Assembly: GCF_004010195.1 (NCBI RefSeq)
Contig: NC_057753.1
Location: 10,458,351-10,499,886, forward strand
Reading direction: 5' to 3'
Length of the DNA stretch: 41,536 nt
Source: Chiloscyllium plagiosum
Lineage: Eukaryota
A model generated the notes under the pieces. The model made no database searches and was not told the origin of the DNA. It saw only the letters and a program-made list of their open reading frames with translations. Each line of letters starts with the position of its first letter. The stretch's first letter is position 1. Positions 1 through 12,404 of the stretch are shown here, one piece after another. The position numbers and the translations under genes are program-made.

Positions 1-235
1 GGGGTTGATATAGGACTGAAGTTAGGGGTAGGTTCTTCACTCAGCGAGTCGTAAGTTCATGGAATGCCCTGCCAGTAGCAGTGGTGGACTCTCCCTCTTT
101 ATGGGCATTTAAGCGGGCATTGGATAGGTATATGGAGGATAGTGGGTTAGTATAGGTTAGGTGGGCTTGGATCGGCGCAACATCGAGGGCCAAAGGGCCT
201 GTACTGCGCTGTATTCTTCTATGTTCTATGTTCTA
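1..235 (+). mobile_element. CR1-type LINE 3' end with (TTCTATG)n tail
   Basis: FFTQRVVSSWNALP-like coding remnant, 'gggccaaagggcctgtactgcgctgta' 3' UTR motif and ttctatgttctatgttcta tail. Confidence 0.85.
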
Positions 236-517
236 ACCACCTGATGAAGGAGCATCACTCCAAATAGGAGTCCTTCCAAACAAACTTGAACTATAACCTG
301 GTGTTGTGTAATTTTTAACTTTGTCCAGGAGAGAGTGTATTGACCATCAACATCGAGGGCCAAAGGGCCTGTACTGCGCTGTATTCTTCTATGTTCTATG
401 TTCTAACCACCTGATGAAGGAGCATCACTCCAAATAGGAGTCCTTCCAAACAAACTTGAACTATAACCTGGTGTTGTGTAATTTTTAACTTTGTCCAGGA
501 GAGAGTGTATTGACCAT
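178..517. repeat. Exact 170-bp tandem duplication (178-347 / 348-517)
   Basis: Two copies identical by direct comparison; each spans a CR1 tail and a hammerhead-bearing repeat. Confidence 0.95.
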
Positions 518-1039
518 GCTAAATTACCTAAAGTACCCAGGGATGTGCAGGTGAGGGTAGATCGGCTGTACCCTATTAGATGTGTTAGTCGAGGGTAAAT
601 GTTGAGCAATAGGGGTAGGGGAAAGGGCGTGGGTAGGTCAGTGTGGACTNNNNNNNNNNNNNTGGGGAAAGGCAATGGACGGGGGTAGGCTGAGGGAGGG
701 GGACAAGAGAGGGTGGCATGAGAGAGAATGGAGGAGGTGTTGGGTGGAAGAGATAGAATGGACAGAATGCTGTGGATCATAGAGGGCAGTGGACTGGGGG
801 CACAGTGGGTGGCAGGTGAGAATGCACAGGGGCGCTGTGGGTAGTTGCGGCAAATGTCATTTCAATGCAGAACTTTTCTGACAATAGTTGTGAATTCTGT
901 CTGGGTCCCAATGTCAGACTGACATTTTTGTTAGAAAAGCTCTGCATTTAAATTACATTCTTGAGAATGCTATTTAATGCTATTTAAATCTAAAATTGTT
1001 TAATGTATTAGATCTTTGTGACACTGGACTCCTTTGGAT

Positions 1040-1195
1040 ATAAATTGTCATCGTGATCTTATTCCCCACAACCACCTGATGAAGGAGCAGCACTCCAAAA
1101 GGTAGTGCTTCCAAATAAACCTGTTGGACTATAACCTGGGACTGTTACATTTTTAACTTTACCCACCCGAGTCTAACGCCGGCTCCTCCACATCA
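1040..1195 (+). mobile_element. Penelope-derived repeat 3' end (family A) with degenerate hammerhead motif
   Basis: cacCTGATGAaggagcagcactccAAAAggtagtg at 1073-1107 followed by 'aaataaacctgttggactataacctgg'; same repeat at several other sites. Confidence 0.65.
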
Positions 1196-1301
1196 TTTTT
1201 AGTGAACACAGCCCACATCTCCCTGTGCTCCCAGTAAACTTTACAATGCTGATGAAATGACGCACTCTGCACTCCTGAAAAATTTACAATTTGTAATTTA
1301 T

Positions 1302-1622
1302 GGGCACGGTGGCACAGTGGTTAGCACTGCTGCCTCGCAGCGCCAGAGACCCGGGTTCAATTCCCGACTCAGGCGACTGACTGTGTGGAGTTTGCACGTT
1401 CTCCCCGTGTCTGCGTGGGTTTCCTCCGGGGGCTCCGGTTTCCTCCCACAGTCCAAAGATGTGCAAGTCAGGTGAATTGGCCATGCTAAATTGCCCGTAG
1501 TGTTAGGTAAAGGGGTAAATGTAGGGGTATGGGTGGGTTACGCTTCGGCGGGTCGGTGTGGACTTGTTGGGCCGAAGGGCCTGTTTCCACACTGTAAGTA
1601 ATCTAATCTAATCTAATCTAAT
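1302..1622 (+). mobile_element. HE1-type V-SINE, near full length
   Basis: tRNA-like head (A box tggcacagtgg, B box gggttcaattccc), V-domain 'gtgtggagtttgcacgttctccccgtgtctgcgtggg', CR1-like tail and (AATCT)n. Confidence 0.93.
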
Positions 1623-1754
1623 TTCTATCGATACTAGCATTCACTGCTCCATCTGATACACGACATTGAAAACTCAGTGCAGGAGGCCAAAAGAAATGAG
1701 CAGCTTTAAAATAAAAAGCTTTGAGGGTTTCAGTGAGAGTCTGAGCCCGGCATT

Positions 1755-2230
1755 ATGGGCATTCCGGATCTCACTGAGGTACAAGACGAGATCCAGGTGT
1801 TCCTTGAAGGGACCAGTTGGGGAAACTGGGGATCGGGCTGTTGGTACAATTGGCTTATCAATTTAGCTATGTATGTCAGAATAATTTTCCTCTTTGTCAG
1901 TATTGCTATTGTTAGGTGTTTAATTGTTAAGCTTATGAGGTCCCTTAGTGATATAGATTTGCTCTAGAAATTGCTCCTTTTGTAATCCGATGGCTCACCC
2001 ATATTTGATGATGGCAATGATAAATATGACCAGATGAGCTGCGAAGATGGTGGTGCTGCTCTAGAGGATGTTGATGGTTGGAACACCTTGAAGGACATTT
2101 GTTTGGATCAGCCTTCCCTTCAGTGATCGTGGTCCGATCAAAGGGAGGAAATGAGGATGTGGGCATCTGAGAGGTAGGACAAAATGGCTTCTGCTTGGCT
2201 AACTTGGTCTGAACAGAGTTCATTTAAAAT
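1755..2230 (+). mobile_element. ERV remnant 1: env TM C-terminus, polypurine tract and start of 3' LTR
   Basis: ORF 1755-1967: IPD...Trp-rich WGNWGSGCWYNW, then a hydrophobic anchor; PPT aaagggaggaaa at 2140-2151 directly followed by TG. Confidence 0.65.
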
Positions 2231-2530
2231 CTCACCCTCATTCTAAACCTATGATCCATCCAGGGAAAAGACCTTGTCTATTTATCCCTATCCATGCTCC
2301 TCATGATTTTATAAAAGTTTGTAGGGTCACCCCTCGGCCTCTGACGTTCGAGATAAAACAGCCCCACCCTGTTCAGCTCAAACCTGACAACATCCTTGTC
2401 GATCTTTTCTGAACCGTTTCAAGTTTCATAACATCCTTTCTCTAACAGAGAGACCAGAATTGCACACAACATTCTATAAGTGGCCTAAACAATGTCTGGT
2501 ACAGCTACAACATAAATTCAACTCTTATAA
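2229..2530 (-). mobile_element. CR1 LINE fragment
   Basis: Reverse complement matches the CR1 ORF2 C-terminal region (LERVQKR...LRGD motif area). Confidence 0.75.
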
Positions 2531-2761
2531 TCAGAGGATTGGGAAAGTTTTCAAAACCCACAAAAGACAACTGGGAAAGAATGGAGGGACAAACTGTGAG
2601 AAACGAAGCTCACTGCCAAATAATTTTAGTCCGAGTTAAATTCCAAAGCAGTCTTTATTCATATGTTCTTGCAAGACTGGGTGACCACAAAATAGGCACA
2701 CACAATAATATTAGTGCACATTTATACAGTTTCTATGAGCCTCTCTGTACTTACCCTTTTA

Positions 2762-4726
2762 GAACATAGAACAATACAGTGCAGAACAGGCCGTTCGGCC
2801 CTCGATATTGCGCCAACCTGTGGACTATTCTCAGCTCATCCCCCTACACTATACCAAAATCATCCATGAGCTTATCTAAGGATTGTTTTAAATCTCCCTA
2901 ATGTGGCTGAGTTGACTACCTTAGCAGGTAGGGCATTCCACGCCCTTATACACTCTGCATAAAGAACTTGCCCCAGACATCAGTCTTAAATCAATCACCC
3001 CTCAATTTGTAGTTATGCCCTCTCGTACAAGCTAACGTCATCATCCTAGGAAAAAGTCTTTCACTGTCTACCCTATCTCATCCTCTAATCATCTTGTATA
3101 TCTGTATTAAATCCCCCCTTAGCCACCTTCTTTCCAATGAGAAAAGACCCAAGTCTCTCAGCCTTTCCTCATAAGACCTACCCTCCAGACCAGGCAACAT
3201 CCTAGTAAATCTCCTCTGCACCTTTTCCAATGCTTTCCAATACATCCTTTCTGTAATGGGGCGACAAGAACTGTACACAATATTCCAAGTGTGGCCGCAC
3301 CAGCGTTCTGTACAGATGCAGCATGATATTGGAACTCAATCCCTCTACCAATGAAACTTAACACGCTGGATGGCTTCTTAACAGCACTATCCACCTGGGT
3401 GGCAACTTTCAGGGATCTATCTACATTAGATTAGATTACTTACAGTGTGGAAACAGGCCCTTCGGCCCAACAAGTCCACACCAACCCGCCGAAGCGCAAC
3501 CCACCCAGACCCATTCCCCTACATTTACCCCTGCACCTAACACTATGGGCAATTTAGCATGGCCAATTCACCTGACCTGCACATTTTTGGACTGTCGGAG
3601 GAAACCCACGCAGACACGGGGAGAATGTGCAAACTCCACACAGTCAGTCACCTGAGGCGGAAATTGAACCGGGGTCTCTGGCGCTGTGAGGCAACAGTGC
3701 TAACCACTGTGCCACCGTGCCGCCCACATGGACTCCAAGATCCCTCTGCACATTCACACTACCAAGAATCTTTCCATTGACCAAGTACTCTGCCTTCCTG
3801 TTATTCTTCCCAAAGTGCATCACCTCACATTTAGCTGCATTGAACTCCATTTGCCCCTCTCAGCCCAATTCTACTGTTTATCCAAATCCCCCTGCAACCT
3901 GTAACATTCTTTCAAACTTTCCACTACTCCACCGACTTTAGTGTCATCTGCAAATTTACTAATCCATCCACCTATGCCTGTGTCTAAGAAATTTATAAAA
4001 ATGACAAACAGCAGTGGTCCCAAAACAGATCTTTGTGGAACACCACTAGTAACTGGACTCCAGACTGAATATTTTCCTCAACCACCACTCGCTGCCTTCT
4101 TCCAGAAAGCCAGTTTCTAATCCAAACTGCTGAATCACCCTCAATTCCATGCCTCTGCATTTTCTCCATCAGCCTATCAGGTGGAACCTTATCAAAGGCT
4201 TTATTGAAGTCCAAGTATACCATGTCAACTGCCTTACCCTCATCCACATGTTTGGTCACCTTCTCAAAAAACTCAATGAGGTTTGTGAGACACGACCTGC
4301 CCTTGACGAAACCATGTTGACTATGTGAAATCAAATTGTTGCTTGCTAGATGATTATAAATCTTATCTCTTATAATCCTTTCCAAAACCTTTCCTGTAAC
4401 AGAACTCGGGCTCACTGGTCTATAATTACCTTGGTTATCTCTGCTGTCCTTGAAGGGCACAACATGTGCAATCCTCCAGTCCTCAGGTACTATGCCCATA
4501 GACAATGACGACTCAAATATCAAAGCCAAAGGCTCTGCTATCTTCTCCCTAGCTTCCCGGGGAATCCTTGGATAAATCCCATCTGGCCCGAGGACTTGTC
4601 TACTTTCACTCCTTCTAGAATGGATAACACCTGTGCGTAACTAACCTCAATCCTTTCTAGTCTAATATCTCGTACCTCATTCTTCTCCTTTACAATATTG
4701 CCCTTTTCCTCGGTGAACACTGATGA
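2762..4726 (-). mobile_element. 5'-truncated CR1 LINE, disrupted ORF2 reverse transcriptase, interrupted by a SINE
   Basis: ORF 3993-4529: NYRPVS, QHGFVKGRSCLTNL, YLDFNKAFDKVP; ORF 3078-3278: [15 protein letters not shown]...LRGDLI; tail rc agaacatagaacaa. Confidence 0.95.
3427..3725 (-). mobile_element. HE1-type V-SINE nested in CR1
   Basis: Reverse complement of the 1302-1622 element; flanked by acat (3423-3426 / 3726-3729); CR1 reads through when it is removed. Confidence 0.93.
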
Positions 4727-5166
4727 GAAATGTGACAGTTGTAGTGCTCTGTGCAGCTGCTAATCTAATCTGTTTACCACATCTGTCTGTGGCCTGTTGT
4801 TAGCGTGCAACCCCCCCACTTCATAGCTGAGTGGTATTACTTTCACTGACGCAACACTGAGTCTTATCACTTCTGCACAGAGTCTTTATGACTATGTGAC
4901 TTCTGCAGAAGCAATACTTACACACATTTTCCACAAAACCGATCTTTTGAGGGTCAGCGTGGACATTACGGCGGGGGGATGGGAATGAGGGAAGGAAGCT
5001 TAATGTACTGGAGCCAAGGCGCAGAAAGAACAAAGGATGCAAAACCGGCTTCAAGCTGCAATGAGGAATATTGCATGTGCTGTGCTTGCACCTGTTGCAG
5101 TTGTGGGAATCGGGTGCATTTAAAAAATAAAAACAGAAAAGCTATTTATCCCTCCGCCTTCCCAAC

Positions 5167-5460
5167 GTCGTTCCTTCTGTTCCTCCTCACTCGGATAATT
5201 AAGACACATACCTGCGTTTGCGGAGTCTGCTCCCTCCCTGGATTCACTCAAGTTGCCATAAGTGAACAATTCCCCCTCCTCCCATCTATCTCCCTCTCAG
5301 GATGAAGAGTTGCTCAAAGGGAGGGCGATTCACTTTGAAACTGACAGGGCGACTTCCGCGTTGTGACGTCATAAAGGAGTGAGGGACGGGGCGAGCAAAA
5401 GTGACAGTAAAGGAGGCGGGGCGAAAGCGTCAGCGGGCCGCCGCACTGCCTTGCAACAGC
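5167..5460 (-). promoter_or_regulatory. CpG-rich promoter + non-coding exon-1 module, paralogous to the ZNF gene 5' end
   Basis: Aligns with 20375-20610; ETS site acttccg 5352-5358, CRE tgacgtca 5364-5371, GC boxes; minus-strand donor CAG|GTATGT at 5211. Confidence 0.6.
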
Positions 5461-5503
5461 AGGGGAGGAGAACACACTTTCCACAAACCCCTTCAAAGAA
5501 TCC

Positions 5504-5725
5504 CTACAGTGTGGAAGCAGGCTACTCGGCCTCACCGACCCTCCCAAGGGTAACCCACCCACATTCGTTCCCCTATCCCCATTGCTCGACATTTAACCCT
5601 GAGTAATGCACCTCCCCTGCACATTCCTAGACGTTATGCCTAGTTTAACGTAGCCTATGCACCCTAACCTGCACATCCCCAGGCACTATGGGTAACTAAG
5701 CATAACCAATCCACTTTAACCTGGA
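5504..5725 (-). mobile_element. Degenerate HE1-type SINE 3' portion
   Basis: 'tacagtgtggaagcaggc...acatttaaccctg...acctgcacatcc' matches rc of the SINE tail; orthologous position 20720-20893. Confidence 0.7.
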
Positions 5726-5728
5726 CAA

Positions 5729-6714
5729 AGTTTAAAATCACACAACTCCAGGTTGTGGTCCAACAGGCTTCTTTGGAAGCAGTAACTTTTGGGGTGCCGC
5801 TTCTTCATCAGGTGGTTGTGGAATATAAGATCCTAAGACACAATTTATAGCAAAACATTACAGCGTCCTCCCACTGAAATGGCATATTGAACAACCTGGA
5901 TTGTTAAGTCTTTCATCTTTTAGAATGGTACAGGTATCATTACGATGTTTTCCAGCAACACATTTTCAGCTCTGATCTCCAGCATCTTGCAGTCCTCACT
6001 TACTCCTCATTAGAATGTAAACCCCAGAACTTCTTGTTGTCACCTTCTTGTGATAACAAGGTTTTATAGCAAAAGGTGACATCTCAGCTCAGACAATGCA
6101 TCAAAGGTCAGAGTCTGCCTGTGTCCCAATCTTGAGTCAGACTGGTTCTATTTCCAAAGTGGAATTTACAAACTATTACAAGTATTGACTGCCTGCAGAT
6201 TGTGCATTTTTTAAGCAAAATAGAATGTATCTGCAAATATACATCCGCGCACACGTGCGCACAGGTTTGTTGGGTGAATTTATATTTGCAAAATTACATC
6301 TTACTTTGCTCAAAAACTGCATGATTCCATCCAAGATTCTGTAAATCAGTCTAACCATTGTGGCACAGACAACCTCACACAGGGGAGCTCACACCTTCAA
6401 TAAATTATCTGGGCTGACAAGACACCAATTGGTAAAGTTCACTTGAGAATTTAACTATTAAAAAAAGTTTTGTGATTTCCATGTGGAAGAACTGAAACTA
6501 ACATGGTCATTCGAACAGATGAGAGACTTAACAAACATTCCAGGTCTTTTTCAATATATAATTTCAGTTACATCACACTGTAAACTGTTGCTATAAATTC
6601 TGTGTCTTACAATCTTATATTCCATAATCCCCTGATGAAGGAGCTGCAGTCTGAAAGCTAGTGTTTCCAATTAAACCTGTTGGACTATAACCTGGTGTTG
6701 TGTGATTTTTAACT
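5729..6714. mobile_element. ~1-kb imperfect palindrome of two inverted Penelope-derived family-A ends
   Basis: Left end agtttaaaatcacacaac... is rc of right end ...gttgtgtgatttttaact; hammerhead motifs at 5780-5814 (-) and 6629-6663 (+); centre near 6240-6280. Confidence 0.75.
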
Positions 6715-6880
6715 CTGCAAATACACATTCACTCCCATGAACTTCTGAGCGCATATGTGCATGACAGAGAGAAAAAGTCTACATCAGTGTTATATGTCTC
6801 TATGTCTATTTGATAACAGATGCTTTATTTCTGTTGATGTAAATATTGTGGTAAATCTTAGCTGGGTAATAATAGTTAGA

Positions 6881-6884
<4 letters not shown>

Positions 6885-6913
<29 letters not shown>
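6885..6913. repeat. (GA)n microsatellite
   Basis: agagag... run; much shorter in the paralogous block near 21321. Confidence 0.95.
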
Positions 6914-6917
<4 letters not shown>

Positions 6918-7049
6918 CTCAAGTAGGCACCATAAGAATCCTGGGAAACCCCAATTTCTGGTTTACTTCCTAATGAACAAACATTCAGCACGATCACCTA
7001 TTTATTTCTGATTTTGTTTCATTTTTCTTGTTTTATTCCCTGCGATGAT

Positions 7050-8225
7050 GTGGGAGAGTTGTTAGATTTGGGTCAGCCATTTTGTCACATATTAAAGTCT
7101 GGAAACCATTTTGAATCTCATCTTAGTGCCTACTTGCTAAAGCTTATGTTTCTCAGGCTCAGCAGAGACTGTTGGCCTTGCAGCTGCACTGCTCCCTGAT
7201 AAACAAATTCTTTCCTTGCATAGGACTTTATTTCCATCCTCCACAGTTGTCGAGTCAGGCAGGAGATACCCTGGTTCTGCCAGGTCACTGGCCGATATCC
7301 TTTGAGAGATGAAATATAGAGGGTGGTTGCTGATTTTGTTGTGTCCAAAGGAAAAGGAAAGCTTGCCAGGGACAAAAGTGCTGTTAGAAATGCTGATACA
7401 ATTCTTGCTACTCAGCCACAAGATACTAATATGAGTACTCAACAGGGTCCTAGCGTCCGGACGTAATGGTGCTGAGAGCACTTACGCTTTACAAAATTAA
7501 TAATAAAGATTTTGCTTGCCCCAGGGTTATGACAGGGGAAACCCTATTTGATAAGCCCGGGACCCACATTGAGGTCCACGGCATGCTTCAAAATGCCCCT
7601 GATCTGTTCGAGTGCCCAACGTTAGTTTGAATTGGGTAGTAGAAAGCTGAAGTATAATTGCTCGCTTCAGGACGTCCAGACTTGAATGAATTTGGCATAC
7701 AGGACACATTGGGCAACTATGAAAGACTCCGTTGTATTTCCCCTGGACTCAATGCAGAGACACGAAAAACTTGCCTTGAAAACAGTGTTCGATTTGCAAA
7801 TGGAACAGCTGTCTGGTATTTAGAGTTTGCACACTTGGTTAGGCAGCTATGTATCACAGCCAGGATTTATGAGACTTAACTCCCTAACTTTGACTGTTCT
7901 GGAAAGTATGCGCTTCATTACCCTTGGAAGGAAGGAACAAACAAAAGCTGACAAACTAAGATATGAAGAAAGTTGGAGAATATTACAGAAAGACACACAC
8001 ACAGAAGTTTGCAGAAAGGTTAACACTTCATAATCTGGTTTAAATACACATTTGCCTGGGTATGGTACTGAAATCACAGGGGAAGCCCCTGCTGAAGTGC
8101 ACAAATATGGCCTCAAAAAGGGTACTCCCTCAATACTCAAACCAAAATGTGGGTGACCCCCTGCTGGACTGGTTTGTGTTCATTCTTTGCTGCTGCTTGT
8201 TTCAGTTGAACATTATTGTACACAC
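7050..8225 (+). mobile_element. Possible decayed ERV gag/leader region
   Basis: Non-LINE sequence directly upstream of an integrase remnant; weak capsid-like fragments (QKFAERL, SGLN) near 8000-8045; many stops. Confidence 0.3.
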
Positions 8226-8476
8226 TTACAAACATGGTGGCACCCAGATTTTCGGAAAGCAGCAAAGAAAAGAGCTGAAGCATGTTTAATTTGTAATCAA
8301 ACAAGCTGCATGCTCTAAGAGGGATGCCCTGTGTTTGTTAACCACCTCCTTGCGTGGTCGGCCTTTTTACTTATCTACAACTTGCTTTTATAGAATCACC
8401 TCGCGTACATTGTTATGAATATTGTCTAATAAGAGTAGATGTATTTAGTAGATGAATTAAAACCATCCAAATGACT
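8226..8476 (+). mobile_element. ERV remnant 2: integrase zinc-binding and core N-terminal fragment
   Basis: Manual translation LQTWWHPDFRKAAKKRAEACLICNQ...GLFTYLQLAFIESPRVHCYEYCLIRVDVFSR*IKT, matching retroviral IN CxxC and LQLDF...VDxFSRW motifs. Confidence 0.8.
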
Positions 8477-8913
8477 GAAGCAGCTGCCACTATAGTATTG
8501 GACAAGTGGGAAATATTTGCATCAGTTAACCAAAACACTTCAAAGTTTACATTCACGAGTACGTCAAGCCGAAGAAGTAGGACCAGGGCATATTGGAGCC
8601 TGCTTCTTTGGGCAGATACACTCTCTGGGAAAAGCAGCAGTCCTCACTTCCTCCTCCTCATCTCTGTCCTAAACCAACTCCCCCTAAGCTTGAGGCCTAG
8701 AAATGACTGGATAGGGTAGTGCTTCATCCCCACAGTGCAATGAATTCCCACTTTCCACCAAAATCCCAGATGTACTCACTTAGTTGCTTGCTGTCTCACA
8801 AATGAAAGATTTAATCGTAACTTCTTCCAGTCCCAGAAATGGTCATACATCTTTGAAAGCTGCTCTGAAAATCCAGTCTTCACAACCATACTTCTGTTTT
8901 CACCGAAGACAAT

Positions 8914-9715
8914 TAGAGTCATACACCAAGAAAACAGACCCTTTGGCCCAATTTGTCCGTGCCAACCATATATCCAAAATCTATTCCCATTTGCCAGCAT
9001 GTAGCCCGTATTCCTCAAAACCCTTCCTATTCATGTACCCATCCAGATGCTACTTAAATGTCGTAATTGTTCCAGTCTTCACCACTTCCTCTGTCAGCTT
9101 GTTCCATTCGTGCAGCACTCTGTGAAAAAGTGGCCCCTCGGCTCCCTTTTAAATCTTTGCCCTCTCGGCTCAAACCTCTCCCCTCTAGTTTTGGAATCGC
9201 TGATCTGAGGAAAAGATCTTGGCTACTCACCCATATGCATGCCCCTTATAAACTGATAAAATGTCACCCCTCAGCCTCCGACACTACAGGGAAAACAGCC
9301 CCAGCCTATTCAGCTTCTCCCTCTCGTTCAAACCCGCAACTCTGGCACCAGATTTATAAACCTTTTCCAAACCCTTTCAAGTTTCACAACATCCTTCCAT
9401 AGGACGGAGACCAGAATTACATACAATATTCCAAAAGTGGCCTAACCAAGGTCCTGTGCTGCCGCAGCATGACCTCACAACTCTTTCACTCAATGCTGTG
9501 ACCAACAGAGGAAAGCATACCAAACATCATCTTCACTATCCTGTCTACCTGCAACGCCACTTTCAAGGAACTAGAAACCTGCACTCCAAGGTCTCTCTTC
9601 GGCCACACTCCCCCTGTGTAAGTCCTGCCTGCATTGCTTGACCAAAATGCACCACCTCACATTTCTCCAAATTCAACTCCATTTGCCACTCCTTAGCCCA
9701 TCAGCCCATCCAATC
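8914..9715 (-). mobile_element. CR1 LINE 3' fragment
   Basis: rc tail 'tagagtcatac' and CR1 ORF2 C-terminal similarity; paralogous to 22835-23595. Confidence 0.8.
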
Positions 9716-9834
9716 CAGAAGGTGAAAATCTCCATCCCACAGACTCTCCCTCCATTCTCACTTTGCTGAACCTAATCCCAGCTGCACCTCACCCTGAAGG
9801 GTCTGGTTCATGCTGATTAATTGGCCCACACTCA

Positions 9835-10210
9835 GGGGAGATCTAATTGAAACATACAGAATACTGAACAGCCTGGACAGAGTGAATGCTGGGAAGATGT
9901 TTACCTTGGTAGGACCCAAGCGCACAGCTTTAGAGTAAAGGGAAGACCTTTTAGAATGGAGGTAAGAAGAAACTTCTTCAGCCAGAGAGTGGTAAATCTA
10001 TGGAATTCATTGGCACAGAAGGGTGTGGAGGCCAGGTAACTGAAGATATTTAAGACTGAGATAGCTAGGTTCTTAAGTATCAAGGGGATCAAGGGTTAGG
10101 GGGAGAAAGCAGGAGAATGGGGCTCAGAAACTTATCAGCCGTGATTGAATCGTATGAGCAGACCTGATGGGCTGAATGGCCTACTTTATGCTCCTATGTC
10201 TTTGGGTCTC
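9835..10210 (+). mobile_element. CR1 LINE 3' fragment
   Basis: GDLIETYRIL...FFSQRVVNLWNSL motif and 3' UTR; paralogous to 23752-24110. Confidence 0.85.
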
Positions 10211-10324
10211 TTGCTGTCCTGGACACAGAGTGAGAATTGGGAGCAGAAATCAGCAATTTGGACTTACAAGACTGCACCAGCTTTGAACAGATCACAAATG
10301 GATATGGATCTCTCTACATCTAGG

Positions 10325-10707
10325 TGCAGAGGCTGGGACTTTTTTAACTGGAGCAATGGGGGCTGAGAGGTGACCTTAGAGAGGGTTAAAAAATTATGAG
10401 GGATATAGGTGAGGTGAATGGCAGGTGTCATTTCAAGATGAGGAAGCAAACTTTTAAAGTGAGAGTAGAATGATTTTAAAGACATGAGGAGCACCTTTTT
10501 CACAGAGGTGGCTTGTGTGTGGAATGAATGTCCAGAGGAAGTGGTAGATGCAGGTACAGTAACAATGTTTAAAAGATGTTTGGATAAGTACATGAATAGG
10601 AAAGGTTTGTAGGGATATGGGCCAAACTAGGTGGGACTAGTTTAGTCTGTGGATATAGTCAGCATGGACTAATTGGACTCAAGGGTCTGTTTCTGTGCTG
10701 TATGACT
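10325..10707 (+). mobile_element. CR1 LINE 3' fragment
   Basis: 'ggctgagaggtgacctt...gtgtggaatgaa...gggtctgtttctgtgctgtatgact'. Confidence 0.75.
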
Positions 10708-10937
10708 AACTTGCCTATAATGGTCTTAAAACTATTTTCTTGCCTTCCACTTCTCTGTTCTTCAAAATCAGATGAACTCAGCTTTGAATATATTCACCTG
10801 CAGGAAGACATCCCCAATTCTGAACTCAATTCCTCTTGCTAATATACCACTTGCCTTGCTGATTGCTTGCTGCACCTGCCTGACAACTGGCTTTGACTGG
10901 TGTAGAAGGACACTGAGGCCCCTTTGTACATCCATAC

Positions 10938-11070
10938 ATCATTCCTGATGAAGGGCTCGTGCCCGAAACGTCAAATCTCCTGCTCCTCGGATGCTGCCTG
11001 ACCTGCTGTGCTTTGCCAGCGCCACACTTTTTGACACTGATCTCCAGCATTTGCAGTCCTCACTTTCTCC
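10938..11070 (+). mobile_element. Penelope-derived short element (family B) with hammerhead motif
   Basis: Same sequence as the 3' end of the GIY-YIG Penelope at 29655-29752. Confidence 0.8.
10941..10976 (+). ncRNA. Minimal type I hammerhead ribozyme motif, catalytic core intact
   Basis: attc-CTGATGA-a-gggc(tcgt)gccc-GAAAC-GTC-aaat: CUGANGA, 4-bp stem II, GAAA, palindromic ACGU stem III, GUC triplet; one mismatch in stem I. Confidence 0.7.
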
Positions 11071-11184
11071 AATTCGCAATACACCTCCTTTCTATTTTCT
11101 TTTCACATCAAAGGCTATAACTTCACACTGTGGTACTCCATTTGCCATGTGTTAGAGATAGACCTGCACCAGCTTTTCCAGAGT

Positions 11185-11620
11185 CCAGCCTCTCCCTCTA
11201 ACTCAAACCCTCCTGGCAATGTGCTGGTAAATCTTTACCAAACCCCCTCTCATAGTATTCTTCCTACTACAGGGTGACCAGAACTGCACTCAGTACTCTA
11301 AAAGTGGCCTTATCAACATTCTATACAACCTTAACATGTCCCAAATCCTATACTCAACAGTGTGGACAATGAAGGGAAGTGTGCTAAATATCTTCTTCAC
11401 CACCAAGTCTACCAGTGATGTAACTTTCAAGAACAATGAACCTGAACACGACCCAGGGCCCTACCTTTACCTGTACAAGTCTTGCCCTTCTTTATTTTAG
11501 CAAAACGCAACCCCTCGCTTTTATGCATACCCCTCTCATATGCTCATACTTCATCACAATCACACTTTACCAAGCATGTACAGATGCAAATACACTCTCA
11601 TGCACAAACTCACACACACA
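11185..11620 (-). mobile_element. Old CR1 fragment plus flank, paralogous to 16572-17095
   Basis: Shared CR1-to-flank junction 'caaaacgcaacccct.gctttta..catac'. Confidence 0.7.
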
Positions 11621-12404
11621 CTCTTTCCTGATGAAGGGCTTTTGCCCAAAACATCGGTTTTCCTGCTCCTCGGATGCTGCTTGCCTTGGTCTGCTTTTCT
11701 AGCTGAACGCTGAACCTATTACCCTCTAGTTCTGGACTCCCCCATTCAAAGGAAAACACCATGTCTATTTACCCTATCCATGCCCCTTGTGATGTTATAA
11801 AAGTCTATAACGTCACCCCTCAGACTCTGGCACGATGGAGAAACAGTCCCACCCTGTCCTTCCGCCTCGCCTCACTCGGGTAATTAAGACACATACCTGA
11901 GTTTGCAGAGTCTGCTCCCTCCCTGGATTCACAACAGTTGCTACAAGTGAACAGATTTCTCCCCACCCCTTTCTCTTGCCCCTCTCTGGATTCACTCCAG
12001 TTGCTACAAGTGAGCCTGCTCCGTCATTCATTAAGATCATGGCTGATCTATCCATCGTCTCAGCTCCTCCCCCCTGCATTGTCACAAGTAATCCCTTAAT
12101 TCCCCTACCAGGCAAAAACCCATCCAACTGTGTCTTGAATATACGTAATGAAGCTGCCTCTACTGCTTCCTTGGGCAGAGAATTCCATAGATTCACTGCT
12201 CTCTGGGAAAAGCAGTTCCTCATCTCTGCCCTCTGGAAAAAGCAGTCCCAAAAGCAACTCCCCCTAACATTGAGGCCTAGTCTCACCCACCAGTAGAAAT
12301 GTCTGGTTAGGGTAGGACTTCATCCCCACAGTGCAATTATGGTGGGAAGAAGTTTCCATTGGTAGGGGAGACAAGAACCATAGGGCACAGCTTTAAGGGT
12401 AAAG

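Noticed and set aside
1302..1375. tRNA gene-like A/B boxes (also near 3655-3725, 13873 and 21348)
   Set aside because: These are SINE heads that continue into the V-domain and tail; no complete cloverleaf
4958..5123. Resemblance to a Bcl-2/MCL1 BH2 motif plus tail anchor (GGWE...MRNI...VAVVGIG)
   Set aside because: Spacing differs, two stops intervene and no BH1 (NWGR) motif is seen
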